Assembly: GCA_039179965.1 (NCBI GenBank)
Contig: JBCDEC010000001.1
Coordinates: 1 to 63,772 of the forward strand
DNA from: Pseudomonadota bacterium
Lineage (GTDB): Bacteria; Pseudomonadota; Alphaproteobacteria; Rhodobacterales; Rhodobacteraceae
Reading direction: 5' to 3'
DNA: 63,772 bases
Numbering within the stretch: the first letter of the stretch is position 1; each line of letters starts with the position of its first letter. Made by a program: the position numbers and the translations under genes. Shown here piece by piece: positions 10,166-19,103 of the stretch. Below the pieces are notes generated by a model. That model saw nothing but the letters and a program-made list of their open reading frames with translations. It searched no databases and was not told the origin of the DNA.

Positions 10166-10953
10166 CAACCGCCGATGAGCCTGAGCGTCAGATCGGATTG
10201 GGGGTCGGCCAGCGCGTCGATAACGTCAAAATGGTGGCGGGGCGCATCGATGATCTGCTCGATCCCCCAGGCCTCTGACATCCACCGCGCCTGATCCAGG
10301 AATACAGGTCTTTCCTGGCCGCCGACCAGCACCGTCACGGGAACAGGATGTCTGTTTTGCATGAAGATCGGGCTTTCGGCCTCAGCCTCGCGCGCATCCA
10401 GACGCAGATCCGCGTTCATGTCGGTCTGCAGGATCGGTCTGAGATCGCCCAGAGGCGAAATCGGCACAACGCAGGTGAGGCGATTCCGGACTTCCTTCGG
10501 CAAGATATCAGGATCCAGCATACGCGACACCAGGTGCCCGCCGGCGGAATGCCCGGCCAGGCTCACAGGTCCGGCGCCACGGGTCGAGATCGCCTCAATC
10601 GCCGCGGCGACCTGGCGTGTGATGTCAGAAATCCGAACCGCCGGGCAAAGATCATATCCTGGCATCGCCACCGCCCAGCCATGCGCCAAGGGGCCGGCAG
10701 CCAGCCAGGACCAGTCCGACGGAGAGTTCGACCGCCAATAGCCGCCATGCACAAAGATCACCGTGCCGCGCAGCGCCGTTTCGGGCCGAAACAGGTCATA
10801 GATCTGGCGCGGGCTGTCGCCGTAGGGCACCGCCAGTTCGGCCCGATCCCCAAGGGCATCGCGAAACGCCGCCCCCTGCCGTGACCAGCGGTCGCGATAG
10901 CTCTCGGCGTTCGGAATATACCGGGAAACTGCGTAGGCATCGCTAAGATCCAT
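10165..10953 (-). CDS. Alpha/beta hydrolase (arylformamidase/esterase-like)
   Basis: HGGYW oxyanion motif, GHSAGG nucleophile elbow, HHFDV; start MDLSDAY with aaggag SD. Confidence 0.88.
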   Translation of the reverse strand: MDLSDAYAVSRYIPNAESYRDRWSRQGAAFRDALGDRAELAVPYGDSPRQIYDLFRPETALRGTVIFVHGGYWRSNSPSDWSWLAAGPLAHGWAVAMPGYDLCPAVRISDITRQVAAAIEAISTRGAGPVSLAGHSAGGHLVSRMLDPDILPKEVRNRLTCVVPISPLGDLRPILQTDMNADLRLDAREAEAESPIFMQNRHPVPVTVLVGGQERPVFLDQARWMSEAWGIEQIIDAPRHHFDVIDALADPQSDLTLRLIGG

Positions 10954-11031
10954 CAAAGGCTCCTTCGCCGGTACTGGACAATCTGGCCTCCAGGGGCCAC
11001 CTAACGCAAGACAGACCCGGGGGAGACCATC

Positions 11032-12507
11032 ATGCGCGACACCGTCACAGATTTGCAATCGCTTCTCAACGATCCGAGCCTTCTGGCCACTCATGCCTTT
11101 GTTGACGGGGCCTGGGTGACAGGCGACAACGGAACCTTCGAGGTCATAAATCCCGCGCGCGGTGACGTTGTCGCGGAGGTGGCCGATCTCAGCCGCGCTC
11201 AGGTCGCCGCCACGATCGACCAGGCGGTCGCCGCACAAAAAGACTGGGCGGCCATGACGGGCAAGGAACGCGCTGTCATTTTGCGCAAGTGGTTCGATCT
11301 GATGATGGAACATCAGGACGACCTCGGCACCATTCTCACGGCCGAGCAGGGCAAGCCCCTGGCCGAGGCCCGGGGCGAAATCGCCTATGGCGCAAGTTTC
11401 ATTGAATTCTTCGCAGAAGAAGCCAAACGGATCTACGGAGACACAATCCCGGGTCACCAGCGCGACAAGCGTATCATGGTGATGAAACAGCCCATCGGCG
11501 TGGCGGCCTCCATCACGCCGTGGAACTTCCCAAACGCCATGATCACCCGAAAGGCCGGCCCGGCGCTCGCCGCCGGATGCGCCTTTGTGGCACGTCCCGC
11601 CAAGGAAACGCCGCTGTCCGCTTTGGTTCTGGGTGTACTTGCCGAGCGGGCCGGGCTCCCGAAAGGTGTGTTCAACGTGGTGACGTCGTCTTCGGCCTCG
11701 GCCATTGGTCAGGAGTTCTGCGAAAACCCCGGGATCCGCAAACTCACCTTCACCGGCTCGACCGAAGTCGGACGGATCCTGCTCAAGCAGGCCGCCGATC
11801 AGGTGCTCAAATGCTCAATGGAACTGGGCGGCAATGCGCCCTTCATCGTGTTTGACGACGCCGATCTGGATGCTGCGGTCGACGGCGCCATTCTCTGCAA
11901 GTTCCGCAACAACGGGCAGACCTGTGTCTGCGCCAACCGGATCTACGTGCAGGCCGGGGTCTATGACGCCTTTGCCGTCAAGCTGAAAGCCAAGGTCGAG
12001 GCGATGACGGTTGGCGACGGGCTTGAACCCGGCACGGATCTTGGCCCGCTGATCAACCCGGACGCCGCAGAAAAGGTCCGCGAACACATCGCGGATGCGA
12101 CGGCCAAAGGGGCACAGATCATTCTGGGCGGCGCGGATCACGGGCAGGAGGGCAACTTCTTCCCACCCACCATCGTCACCGGCGCAACGCAGGACATGGC
12201 ATTCGCGACCGACGAAACCTTTGGACCATTGGCGCCGCTGTTCAAATTCGACACCGAAGACGACGTGATTGCCATGGCCAATGACACGATCTTCGGGCTC
12301 GCCTCGTACTTTTACGCAAAGGATCTCAGCCGGGTCTACAAGGTGGCCGAAGCGCTGGAATATGGGATTGTCGGGATCAATACCGGGATCATTTCGACCG
12401 AAGTTGCCCCTTTTGGCGGGGTCAAGCAATCCGGTCTCGGACGCGAAGGCAGCCATTATGGCATCGACGACTATCTCGAGCTGAAGTACGTGTGCATGTC
12501 CGTCTGA
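11032..12507 (+). CDS. gabD: NAD(P)-dependent succinate-semialdehyde dehydrogenase
   Basis: ITPWNFP, FTGSTEVG, MELGGNAP, KFRNNGQTCVC, ETFGP, PFGGVKQSG. Confidence 0.93.
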   Translation: MRDTVTDLQSLLNDPSLLATHAFVDGAWVTGDNGTFEVINPARGDVVAEVADLSRAQVAATIDQAVAAQKDWAAMTGKERAVILRKWFDLMMEHQDDLGTILTAEQGKPLAEARGEIAYGASFIEFFAEEAKRIYGDTIPGHQRDKRIMVMKQPIGVAASITPWNFPNAMITRKAGPALAAGCAFVARPAKETPLSALVLGVLAERAGLPKGVFNVVTSSSASAIGQEFCENPGIRKLTFTGSTEVGRILLKQAADQVLKCSMELGGNAPFIVFDDADLDAAVDGAILCKFRNNGQTCVCANRIYVQAGVYDAFAVKLKAKVEAMTVGDGLEPGTDLGPLINPDAAEKVREHIADATAKGAQIILGGADHGQEGNFFPPTIVTGATQDMAFATDETFGPLAPLFKFDTEDDVIAMANDTIFGLASYFYAKDLSRVYKVAEALEYGIVGINTGIISTEVAPFGGVKQSGLGREGSHYGIDDYLELKYVCMSV

Positions 12508-12556
12508 GCGGCATGCGTTAACGGATCCCTAGGGGATTTGACCCTAGGGTCCGGCC

Positions 12557-13534
12557 ATGGAGTGGATTCGCGCAGGACTCTTGGTTGTGTTGGCTCTGGG
12601 TCTCTGTGTTGGGACCGGTGCGCCCCTGCGTGCGGCAGAGGTTCAATGCGGCCCGCCGCTCGACTGGCAAAACCTGTCCAATCTCACGCGCCGTCTGGTG
12701 CGCGAGGCCGGCGCAAGCGAGTCCGACGCACCCAGAACAATCTCTGCCGAACTGCGCGACATGAACTGGCAGCGGATTCGGGCCTGGCAGGGGCAGACTG
12801 CCCGCCCCGATGTGACGCAACTCATGAAGCAATCCGTTGAAGAGCTACGAAATTACGCGTCGACCGGCCAGTTTTCCCTGCCCTGGTTGCTGATCGAAAA
12901 ACTGGATCAGATCGATCATCTGGCGGCCGAGCTTTGCGTGGAAATCCCCAATGCCGAACAAGCGGCAGACGGCGCGGGGGCACCGAAACTCAACTCTCGG
13001 GCGGGCTTCGGGCTATCGCCGAATGGCGGGACGCTCGCGGACTACGCGCGTCTTTCGCTGTTGCCGCTTGTCGTGGCGCTGCTCGCGGTGGCGGTGAAAG
13101 CCGGACACATCGGGCTGAAGTGGACGCAAACCTGGCGCAACGTCCGTCGCGCTTGCGACGTGAGCGCGACCTTGCACATCGGTCCCTACACCTTGCCCGG
13201 GACCATCACCCTGTTGGGATTGCGTGGATGCCGCTTTGTCGGCGCCGATGAAACGCGCCAGTCCATGCTGGCGGTGGTGGCTGGTTCGGCGGATGCCCGG
13301 CTGAGCATCGATGAGTTTCAGATCAACACCGAAGTCGTCGCACTGCACGCCAATTGGTCCGCGCTGAGCTTTGATGCACCGCTGTCAAAGGAAACCCACG
13401 CCGCGATCCTTGAGCGCTCCCGCAATAAAGCGCGGACCGTTGCGCTGCCACCATTGGAAATGGCCATCCACCGGGCGCCTGCGTCAGACGGTCCTGACGC
13501 CGGCTCACAGGTTGAAAGAACCAGCCTCCAATAA
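12557..13534 (+). CDS. Membrane-anchored protein with degenerate C-terminal PilZ-like domain
   Basis: Signal peptide, periplasmic region, TM (LSLLPLVVALLAVAV), then RNVRR...LLGLRGCRF. Confidence 0.55.
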   Translation: MEWIRAGLLVVLALGLCVGTGAPLRAAEVQCGPPLDWQNLSNLTRRLVREAGASESDAPRTISAELRDMNWQRIRAWQGQTARPDVTQLMKQSVEELRNYASTGQFSLPWLLIEKLDQIDHLAAELCVEIPNAEQAADGAGAPKLNSRAGFGLSPNGGTLADYARLSLLPLVVALLAVAVKAGHIGLKWTQTWRNVRRACDVSATLHIGPYTLPGTITLLGLRGCRFVGADETRQSMLAVVAGSADARLSIDEFQINTEVVALHANWSALSFDAPLSKETHAAILERSRNKARTVALPPLEMAIHRAPASDGPDAGSQVERTSLQ

Positions 13535-13611
13535 CGGCGCGAACGCCCGCGCCCAAAGACCAGGGTGGACGGCATCTTTCATCCGCGCACGGCCCTCAAG
13601 CCAGGCCAAAG

Positions 13612-14790
13612 TCAGGGTTCGGACTTGGCCGGCGGCGCATCCGGAGCAGCAGCCGCCGCCTGTTCCGCCAGTTTTGCCGTCAGTTTCGCCGTCAAGGTCG
13701 CAGCCCCCTGCCGCAGCCCAGGAATCGAAGGGTCAAACCCGTCATCCAGCGGGTCCAACACCGCCTTGGCGCGGGTCAGATTGAGTTCAGCATCCCCGGG
13801 ACGGCCCTGGCGAAACGACACTTGTGCCGCCTGCAGCAACCTGCGGGCGCGCTCAAGATGCATCTGTTGCGTGACATGGCCCGTGCGGGCGCCCAGGACC
13901 TGCCCCATGACCTCGATTTGCCGGGGCGAGAAAAAATAGCGCTCTGGATGGCGCGCCGGACGCTGCAACGTGGTGTCATACTGCTGGGCGGGATCAAGGC
14001 GGGTATGGATCTCTTTGATGGCCTCCGCCTGCCGGCGCAACATCGCCTTTTGAATCGGACGGGATGGAAACGCCGGTTCCGAGTCAACATCGGGCACCTC
14101 GTTGCACCACGCATCCGCCAAAGCCTGCGCCGCCTTTGGATCCTGCGCATTGAGCCCGCGCAGCACCATCAGTTCCCCGGCCGTCATCGAGCGATTGACG
14201 ACAGGATCGCCGCCGCGCTCCAGAACACCCGCCGGAAGCCCCAGAAACCGCTCGGCAATCTCCAGCAAAGCCGTCTTGTTGCGGTCATAGTTGAAGACAT
14301 GCCACCTCAGCGGCACCGGCCCAAAATCCCGGTCCAGCGCGTCGCACACCAATTGCGGTTGAACGTATTGCTCAAACGTCGGGTCGACATCTTCGGTGAT
14401 GCCGCCACGTTTGACCATCTGCTGGTAGGTGCTTTCCGCATGCAGGATTGGATCACGCAGGAACATCAGGACCTCGACCTGCCCGATGTCGTGATGCGCG
14501 CAGAAGGCGGCCAGGTGCCGGGTCCATCGCCGCTCCATCGCGAAGGCCCGAAAGAGAGGCTCGGCGCTGAAAAAAACCTTCTGTCCGGTCACCGTGAAGG
14601 CTTCGGGCGGATCGATGGGCAGGCGCTGGCCATTACCGGATGAGATCTGCCACCCGCTGGCGGCGGCGGAGGGTACGCCAGGATAGTCGATGCCCTGCGC
14701 CGCCATCGCCTTCAGGCTATTGGCAAAACTCGCCTGCAGGTAGCTGGAGCCGGTCTTTGAGTGGCCGATATGAAGATAAAGCGTCCGCAT
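13612..14790 (-). CDS. Sulfotransferase-like P-loop protein
   Basis: LHIGHSKTGSSYLQ, FSAE, FLRDP..HAESTYQQ, NRS motifs. Confidence 0.7.
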   Translation of the reverse strand: MRTLYLHIGHSKTGSSYLQASFANSLKAMAAQGIDYPGVPSAAASGWQISSGNGQRLPIDPPEAFTVTGQKVFFSAEPLFRAFAMERRWTRHLAAFCAHHDIGQVEVLMFLRDPILHAESTYQQMVKRGGITEDVDPTFEQYVQPQLVCDALDRDFGPVPLRWHVFNYDRNKTALLEIAERFLGLPAGVLERGGDPVVNRSMTAGELMVLRGLNAQDPKAAQALADAWCNEVPDVDSEPAFPSRPIQKAMLRRQAEAIKEIHTRLDPAQQYDTTLQRPARHPERYFFSPRQIEVMGQVLGARTGHVTQQMHLERARRLLQAAQVSFRQGRPGDAELNLTRAKAVLDPLDDGFDPSIPGLRQGAATLTAKLTAKLAEQAAAAAPDAPPAKSEP

Positions 14791-14880
14791 GACATCCTCT
14801 GTCTCCGCGCGGGCGTGCCATGACAGTCGACCAGAGCGCAAGAGGCAGATCTCACCGAAAATAACGCCGCCGCAACAAAT

Positions 14881-14898
14881 CAGTCACACTGCTGTTAC
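14881..14898 (+). promoter_or_regulatory. Candidate Pho box (PhoB site)
   Basis: cagtcac-actg-ctgttac: 11-bp-period direct repeat resembling CTGTCAT-N4-CTGTCAY, ~43 nt before the putative phosphatase gene. Confidence 0.55.
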
Positions 14899-14941
14899 AC
14901 AAACCCGGCACCCAACGCAGCAGATAACTGAGGGGATCCCC

Positions 14942-17104
14942 ATGACAGGTAAGCTAGCAACTCTGACCTCCGCGTTGGCTCTGGTGGCCGGCGCCGGGCT
15001 GGCGCAGGACATGAACTTCAACCGTGTCGCGTCGTTTGCCGTGATCAATAACATGGCCGACGGGGACGACACCGACCGCGAATCCTCGCCCGAGATCATC
15101 TCGGCGACTGCGGATGGTATGACCCTGGTCTATACCGACAGCCCGCTTGGCGTGATCGGCATGATCGACATCACCGATCCCTCCAGCCCGCAGCCCAAGG
15201 GCAGCGTGACGCTGGACGGCGAGCCAACCAGTGTGGCGGTCATCGGCACCACGGCCTATGTCGGCATCAACACATCTGCCAGCTATGTCGAGCCGTCGGG
15301 CCATGTTGTCGCAATCGACACCGCCACCGGGGAAGAGACGGCGCGGTGTGATCTGGGCGGTCAGCCGGATTCGCTGGCGGCGGCCAAGGACGGGTCGTTC
15401 ATCGCCGTGGCGATCGAAAACGAACGCGATGAGGATCTGGGCGAAGGCGGCCTGCCGCAACTGCCCGCCGGGGGTCTGGTGATGGTCGATGTGTCCGGCG
15501 ACACGCTGGCCTGCGATACGCTGAAAACCGTTGATCTGACCGGTCTGGCCGATGTCGCGCCGGAAGATCCCGAGCCTGAATATGTCTCGATCAATGGTCT
15601 CGGTGAAACCGTCGTGACGCTGCAAGAGAACAACTACCTCGTTGTGGTCGCCAAAGACGGCACGGTTATCGGGCATTTCTCGGCTGGTGCCGTGGATCTC
15701 GACGGTGTCGATGTCGCCGAAGACGATGCGCTCGACTTCTCCGGCGCGCTTTCGGCGGTGCCGCGTGAACCCGACGCGGTGACCTGGATCGACGACAACC
15801 ACTTCGCAACCGCCAATGAAGGCGACTGGAAAGGCGGCAGCCGCGGCTGGACGATTTTCTCCAAGGCCGGAGACGTGATCTATGAAAGCGGCCCGAGCTT
15901 TGAGCATGCCGTGATCGAAATTGGCCACTACCCGGAAGGCCGCTCGGAAAACAAGGGTGTGGAGCCCGAGTCCGTGACCTTTGATACCTTCGGCGGCACG
16001 CCGATGGTCTTTGTCGGCGCCGAGCGGGCTTCGGTTGTCGGCGTCTATGACGTGACCGACCCGGCAAACCCGGTGCTGACCCAGCTTCTGCCCTCGGGCA
16101 TCGGGCCGGAAGGCTATGTGACGATCCCGCAGCGCAATCTGCTGGTCTCGGCCAACGAGGCGGACCTTGGCGAAGACGGCGCCGCGCGCGCTCATGTCAT
16201 GATCTATGAACTTCAGGACGCCCCTGCGGCCTATCCCCACATCACATCGGCCGGTGCAGATGAGCTGATCGGATGGGGCGCATTGTCGGGCATGGTCATG
16301 GGCGAGGACGGGTTGATTTACGGCGTGACCGACAGTTTCTACCTCGGCCAGCCGGCGATCCTGACCATTGATGCCAGCGAAACGCCGGCGCGGATCATCG
16401 GCAAGACCGTGGTCACGAAAGACGGTGCCCCGGCACCGGCGCTTGATCTCGAAGGCATCGCGCTTGACGGTCAGGGCGGCTTCTGGCTCGCCAATGAGGG
16501 CCGCGCCGACGGCAGCCGGGTGAACAAGATCATGCGCGTCGGCGCCGACGGCGTGATCGCCGAAGAGATCCTGGTGCCGGAAAGCCTGACCTCGAACGCC
16601 ACCAACTCGGGTCTTGAAGGCGTCACGGTGGATTCAGACGGCCATGTCTGGGTCGCAGTGCAGCGCGAGTGGAAAGACGATGCCGCGCAAAACGTCAAGC
16701 TTCTGGCCTACAGCCCGGGCACCGGCAGCTGGACAGGCGTCTACTACCCGACCGAAAAGCCGGATTACGGCTGGGTCGGCCTGTCGGAGATCGTCTATCA
16801 CGATGGCGCCTTCTACCTGATCGAGCGGGACAACCAGCTGGGTGACCTCGCCAAGACCAAGTGGATCACCAAGGTCGCACTGGAGGGTATGGAACCCGGC
16901 GAACTGGGTGGAGACCTCCCGGTTGTCGAAAAAGAACTGGTGCGGGACCTTATGTCGGACCTGACCTCGACCGGCGGCTATGTCCTGGACAAGGTCGAGG
17001 GGCTGGCGATCGGCGCGGATGGCACGCTCTACATCTCGACGGACAATGACGGGGTCGACGATCATTCCGGCGAGACCATGTTCTGGACCGTTCCAATGCA
17101 ATGA
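14942..17104 (+). CDS. Secreted beta-propeller / esterase-like-activity-of-phytase protein (putative alkaline phosphatase)
   Basis: Signal peptide; QPDS, DPEPEY, EPDAV, TANEGD, KGVEPE, GPEG, DLEGI, GLEGV, KVEGL, TDNDGVDD. Confidence 0.8.
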   Translation: MTGKLATLTSALALVAGAGLAQDMNFNRVASFAVINNMADGDDTDRESSPEIISATADGMTLVYTDSPLGVIGMIDITDPSSPQPKGSVTLDGEPTSVAVIGTTAYVGINTSASYVEPSGHVVAIDTATGEETARCDLGGQPDSLAAAKDGSFIAVAIENERDEDLGEGGLPQLPAGGLVMVDVSGDTLACDTLKTVDLTGLADVAPEDPEPEYVSINGLGETVVTLQENNYLVVVAKDGTVIGHFSAGAVDLDGVDVAEDDALDFSGALSAVPREPDAVTWIDDNHFATANEGDWKGGSRGWTIFSKAGDVIYESGPSFEHAVIEIGHYPEGRSENKGVEPESVTFDTFGGTPMVFVGAERASVVGVYDVTDPANPVLTQLLPSGIGPEGYVTIPQRNLLVSANEADLGEDGAARAHVMIYELQDAPAAYPHITSAGADELIGWGALSGMVMGEDGLIYGVTDSFYLGQPAILTIDASETPARIIGKTVVTKDGAPAPALDLEGIALDGQGGFWLANEGRADGSRVNKIMRVGADGVIAEEILVPESLTSNATNSGLEGVTVDSDGHVWVAVQREWKDDAAQNVKLLAYSPGTGSWTGVYYPTEKPDYGWVGLSEIVYHDGAFYLIERDNQLGDLAKTKWITKVALEGMEPGELGGDLPVVEKELVRDLMSDLTSTGGYVLDKVEGLAIGADGTLYISTDNDGVDDHSGETMFWTVPMQ

Positions 17105-17123
17105 TCTGACGGATCAAAACGGT

Positions 17124-17156
17124 AAAAGGCGCGCCATCGCTGGCGCGCCTTTTTTT
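17124..17156. terminator. Bidirectional intrinsic terminator
   Basis: aaaa-ggcgcgcca-tcgc-tggcgcgcc-ttttttt between convergent genes. Confidence 0.9.
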
Positions 17157-17328
17157 GCCGGACCGGTTGGAGAACGCGATCCGGCAATTGGCGCGGTCCC
17201 GCCTCTGTCAGGCACTACGCTTGCGATGGGACGCAGCGCGCTGACGATAAGGCGCGACCGGCTTGGCTACCCCGCCCCGGTGGCTCTCTCCTTGCACTGG
17301 AGACCCGGGACAGGACAACCGTTCGGGA

Positions 17329-17808
17329 TCAGTTGACGGCTTTGGCGTCGACGACGTCGGCTTGGACACTGCCCGTCACGTTGGACGAAATGTCGATCCG
17401 GCGCGGTTTCAGCGCTTCCGGGATTTCACGCTGAAGGTCGATGTGGAGCATACCGTCGCTATGACCAGCGCCAGAAACGCGCACGTGATCGGCCAACTGG
17501 AAGCGGCGTTCGAACGCGCGCGTGGCAATGCCACGGTGGAGGTAGGTCCGCTCTTTCTCCGCTGCATCCGCCTTGCGTCCGGCGACGACAACGGCGCCGT
17601 CCTTGACTTCGACCGACAGGTCGTCGGGCGAGAAACCGGCCACGGCGACCGAGATGCGGTAGGCATCGTCAGCGGTCTTTTCGATGTTGTAGGGCGGGTA
17701 GGTTTGGGCGCTCACGTCGCTTGCCATCACGCGGTCCATCATGTCCGCGATGCGGTCAAAACCAACGGTGGCACGGTAGAGCGGGGCCAAATCAAAGCTG
17801 TTACGCAT
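17329..17808 (-). CDS. ibpA: Small heat shock protein (Hsp20, IbpA-like)
   Basis: FDLAPLYRATVGFD, YPPYNIE, YLHRGIATRAFERRFQLAD, GMLHIDL, PEALKPRRI. Confidence 0.93.
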   Translation of the reverse strand: MRNSFDLAPLYRATVGFDRIADMMDRVMASDVSAQTYPPYNIEKTADDAYRISVAVAGFSPDDLSVEVKDGAVVVAGRKADAAEKERTYLHRGIATRAFERRFQLADHVRVSGAGHSDGMLHIDLQREIPEALKPRRIDISSNVTGSVQADVVDAKAVN

Positions 17809-17905
17809 GGTCGTTATCCTCATATTTGAGCAATTCACGTTTTGGGTGCCCTCCGATCAGGACGGGCGGGTTGGACAAGGCCCGGGTGTTGGCGCCTTGT
17901 TGACA
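17806..17905 (-). ncRNA. ROSE-like RNA thermometer in ibpA 5' UTR
   Basis: Minus strand ttgctc-aaatat-gagga: UUGCU motif pairs with the SD with a bulged G (17817-17833); additional upstream hairpins. Confidence 0.8.
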
Positions 17906-17908
17906 TTC

Positions 17909-17937
17909 AGGTGGGAAGGGACTCTGCCGAGTTCAAG
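17909..17937 (-). promoter_or_regulatory. RpoH (sigma32)-type promoter of ibpA
   Basis: Minus strand cttgaa-N16-cccacct, resembling the alphaproteobacterial RpoH consensus. Confidence 0.7.
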
Positions 17938-18032
17938 ACCTTGTCACGCGAGATCTGAAATCGGCCTTTGACCCGGTGAGATCACGCGTTCCGGCGGCGG
18001 GTCGGGTCAACGGAACGGAGAGTCAGCGCCCC

Positions 18033-18126
18033 TGACGGCCAGCGCCTGTGACGGACAGCGCCAACAACAGACAGCGCCTGCAACGGACAGCGCCTGCAAC
18101 GGACAGCGCCTGCAACGGACAGCGCC
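18033..18126. repeat. 16-bp VNTR (caacggacagcgcctg), ~6 copies
   Basis: Units start at 18033, 18049, 18065, 18081, 18097, 18113; left units are degenerate. Confidence 0.9.
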
Positions 18127-18141
18127 GGATGTTCGCGTGGA

Positions 18142-18960
18142 TCAGGGGCGAACGAACTTGGCGCCTGTCCGGTTGCGGCCATCGCCCACCCGGATCCGGT
18201 TGTTCGACGGCGCCGGCGCCAGACCATGCCCCTTGCCAGCCGCCAGTTCGGCCTTGAGCACGCCAAGCGGTGCGTCCAGCGAGGTGCCCAGCGCCACCTT
18301 CTGCCCATCCAGCTCGGCCTTGGCCGACACGACAGAGACAATGCGCGGCGTGTCCCCCGCGAAGGAGAATATCGGCGCACCCGAAGATCCGAAGTCCACC
18401 GAACAGGACATGATCAGCACGCCTTCCTGGCGCGCCATGACATCGCAAACCTCTTCCAGGGACGGGGCCTCCGAGCGGTTGTGTGCATAAGACACAATGC
18501 CGACCTCATCGCCTTTGTGCGGGCGCGCTGCGGTGCGGAACGGGGTGACCTTGGTGTTGCGGATCGGCTGGTCAAGCTCAAGCAGAGCGAGATCGTTGCG
18601 CACGCGATCCGCGGTGAGAGTTTCCTCGAAGTCGTATTCAGGATGCACGACCGCCCGCCGCACCTTGCGGTAAGCCGAGGCCCGTCCATTGCGCCAACCG
18701 GCCAGAAACTCAACCTTCGAATGATCGATGCGGCCCCGCGAGGTTTTGTCAAACAGACAATGGGCGGCGGTCAGCACCAGATTTGGCGCGATCAACGCGC
18801 CGGTGCAAAAGCCCTTGCCGTTCAGGTCGAGCCGCCCGACGGCCTCCCATCCACGTGCGGCCTCCATTGTGTCGAGCCGTTGCAGGTCACGATCACCCGC
18901 AGCGGCCCAAGGCGCTGTGCATACCAATGTTGCGGTCAAGATCCATCTCATGATGCGCAT
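18142..18960 (-). CDS. Secreted trypsin-like (V8-type) serine protease
   Basis: Signal peptide; CTGALI..NLVLTAAHC, DLALLEL, DFGSSGAP triad motifs. Confidence 0.9.
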   Translation of the reverse strand: MRIMRWILTATLVCTAPWAAAGDRDLQRLDTMEAARGWEAVGRLDLNGKGFCTGALIAPNLVLTAAHCLFDKTSRGRIDHSKVEFLAGWRNGRASAYRKVRRAVVHPEYDFEETLTADRVRNDLALLELDQPIRNTKVTPFRTAARPHKGDEVGIVSYAHNRSEAPSLEEVCDVMARQEGVLIMSCSVDFGSSGAPIFSFAGDTPRIVSVVSAKAELDGQKVALGTSLDAPLGVLKAELAAGKGHGLAPAPSNNRIRVGDGRNRTGAKFVRP

Positions 18961-19103
18961 GCTGGTCTCCTGACCTACGACGATCAATAGGCTAGGCCGG
19001 GGATGCGGCAAAAATTAGACAAGACATAGCCCAGTTCCGGGCGCCAATGGGGCCACAATCGCCGTCTGTCCGCCACATTCGGGACGACCGCAGCCATCTC
19101 CGG

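Noticed and set aside
10954-11457. N-terminal extension of the alpha/beta hydrolase
   Set aside because: Antisense to gabD; the SD-preceded start is at 10953.
18033-18126. Tandem repeats as CRISPR
   Set aside because: Units are contiguous with no unique spacers.
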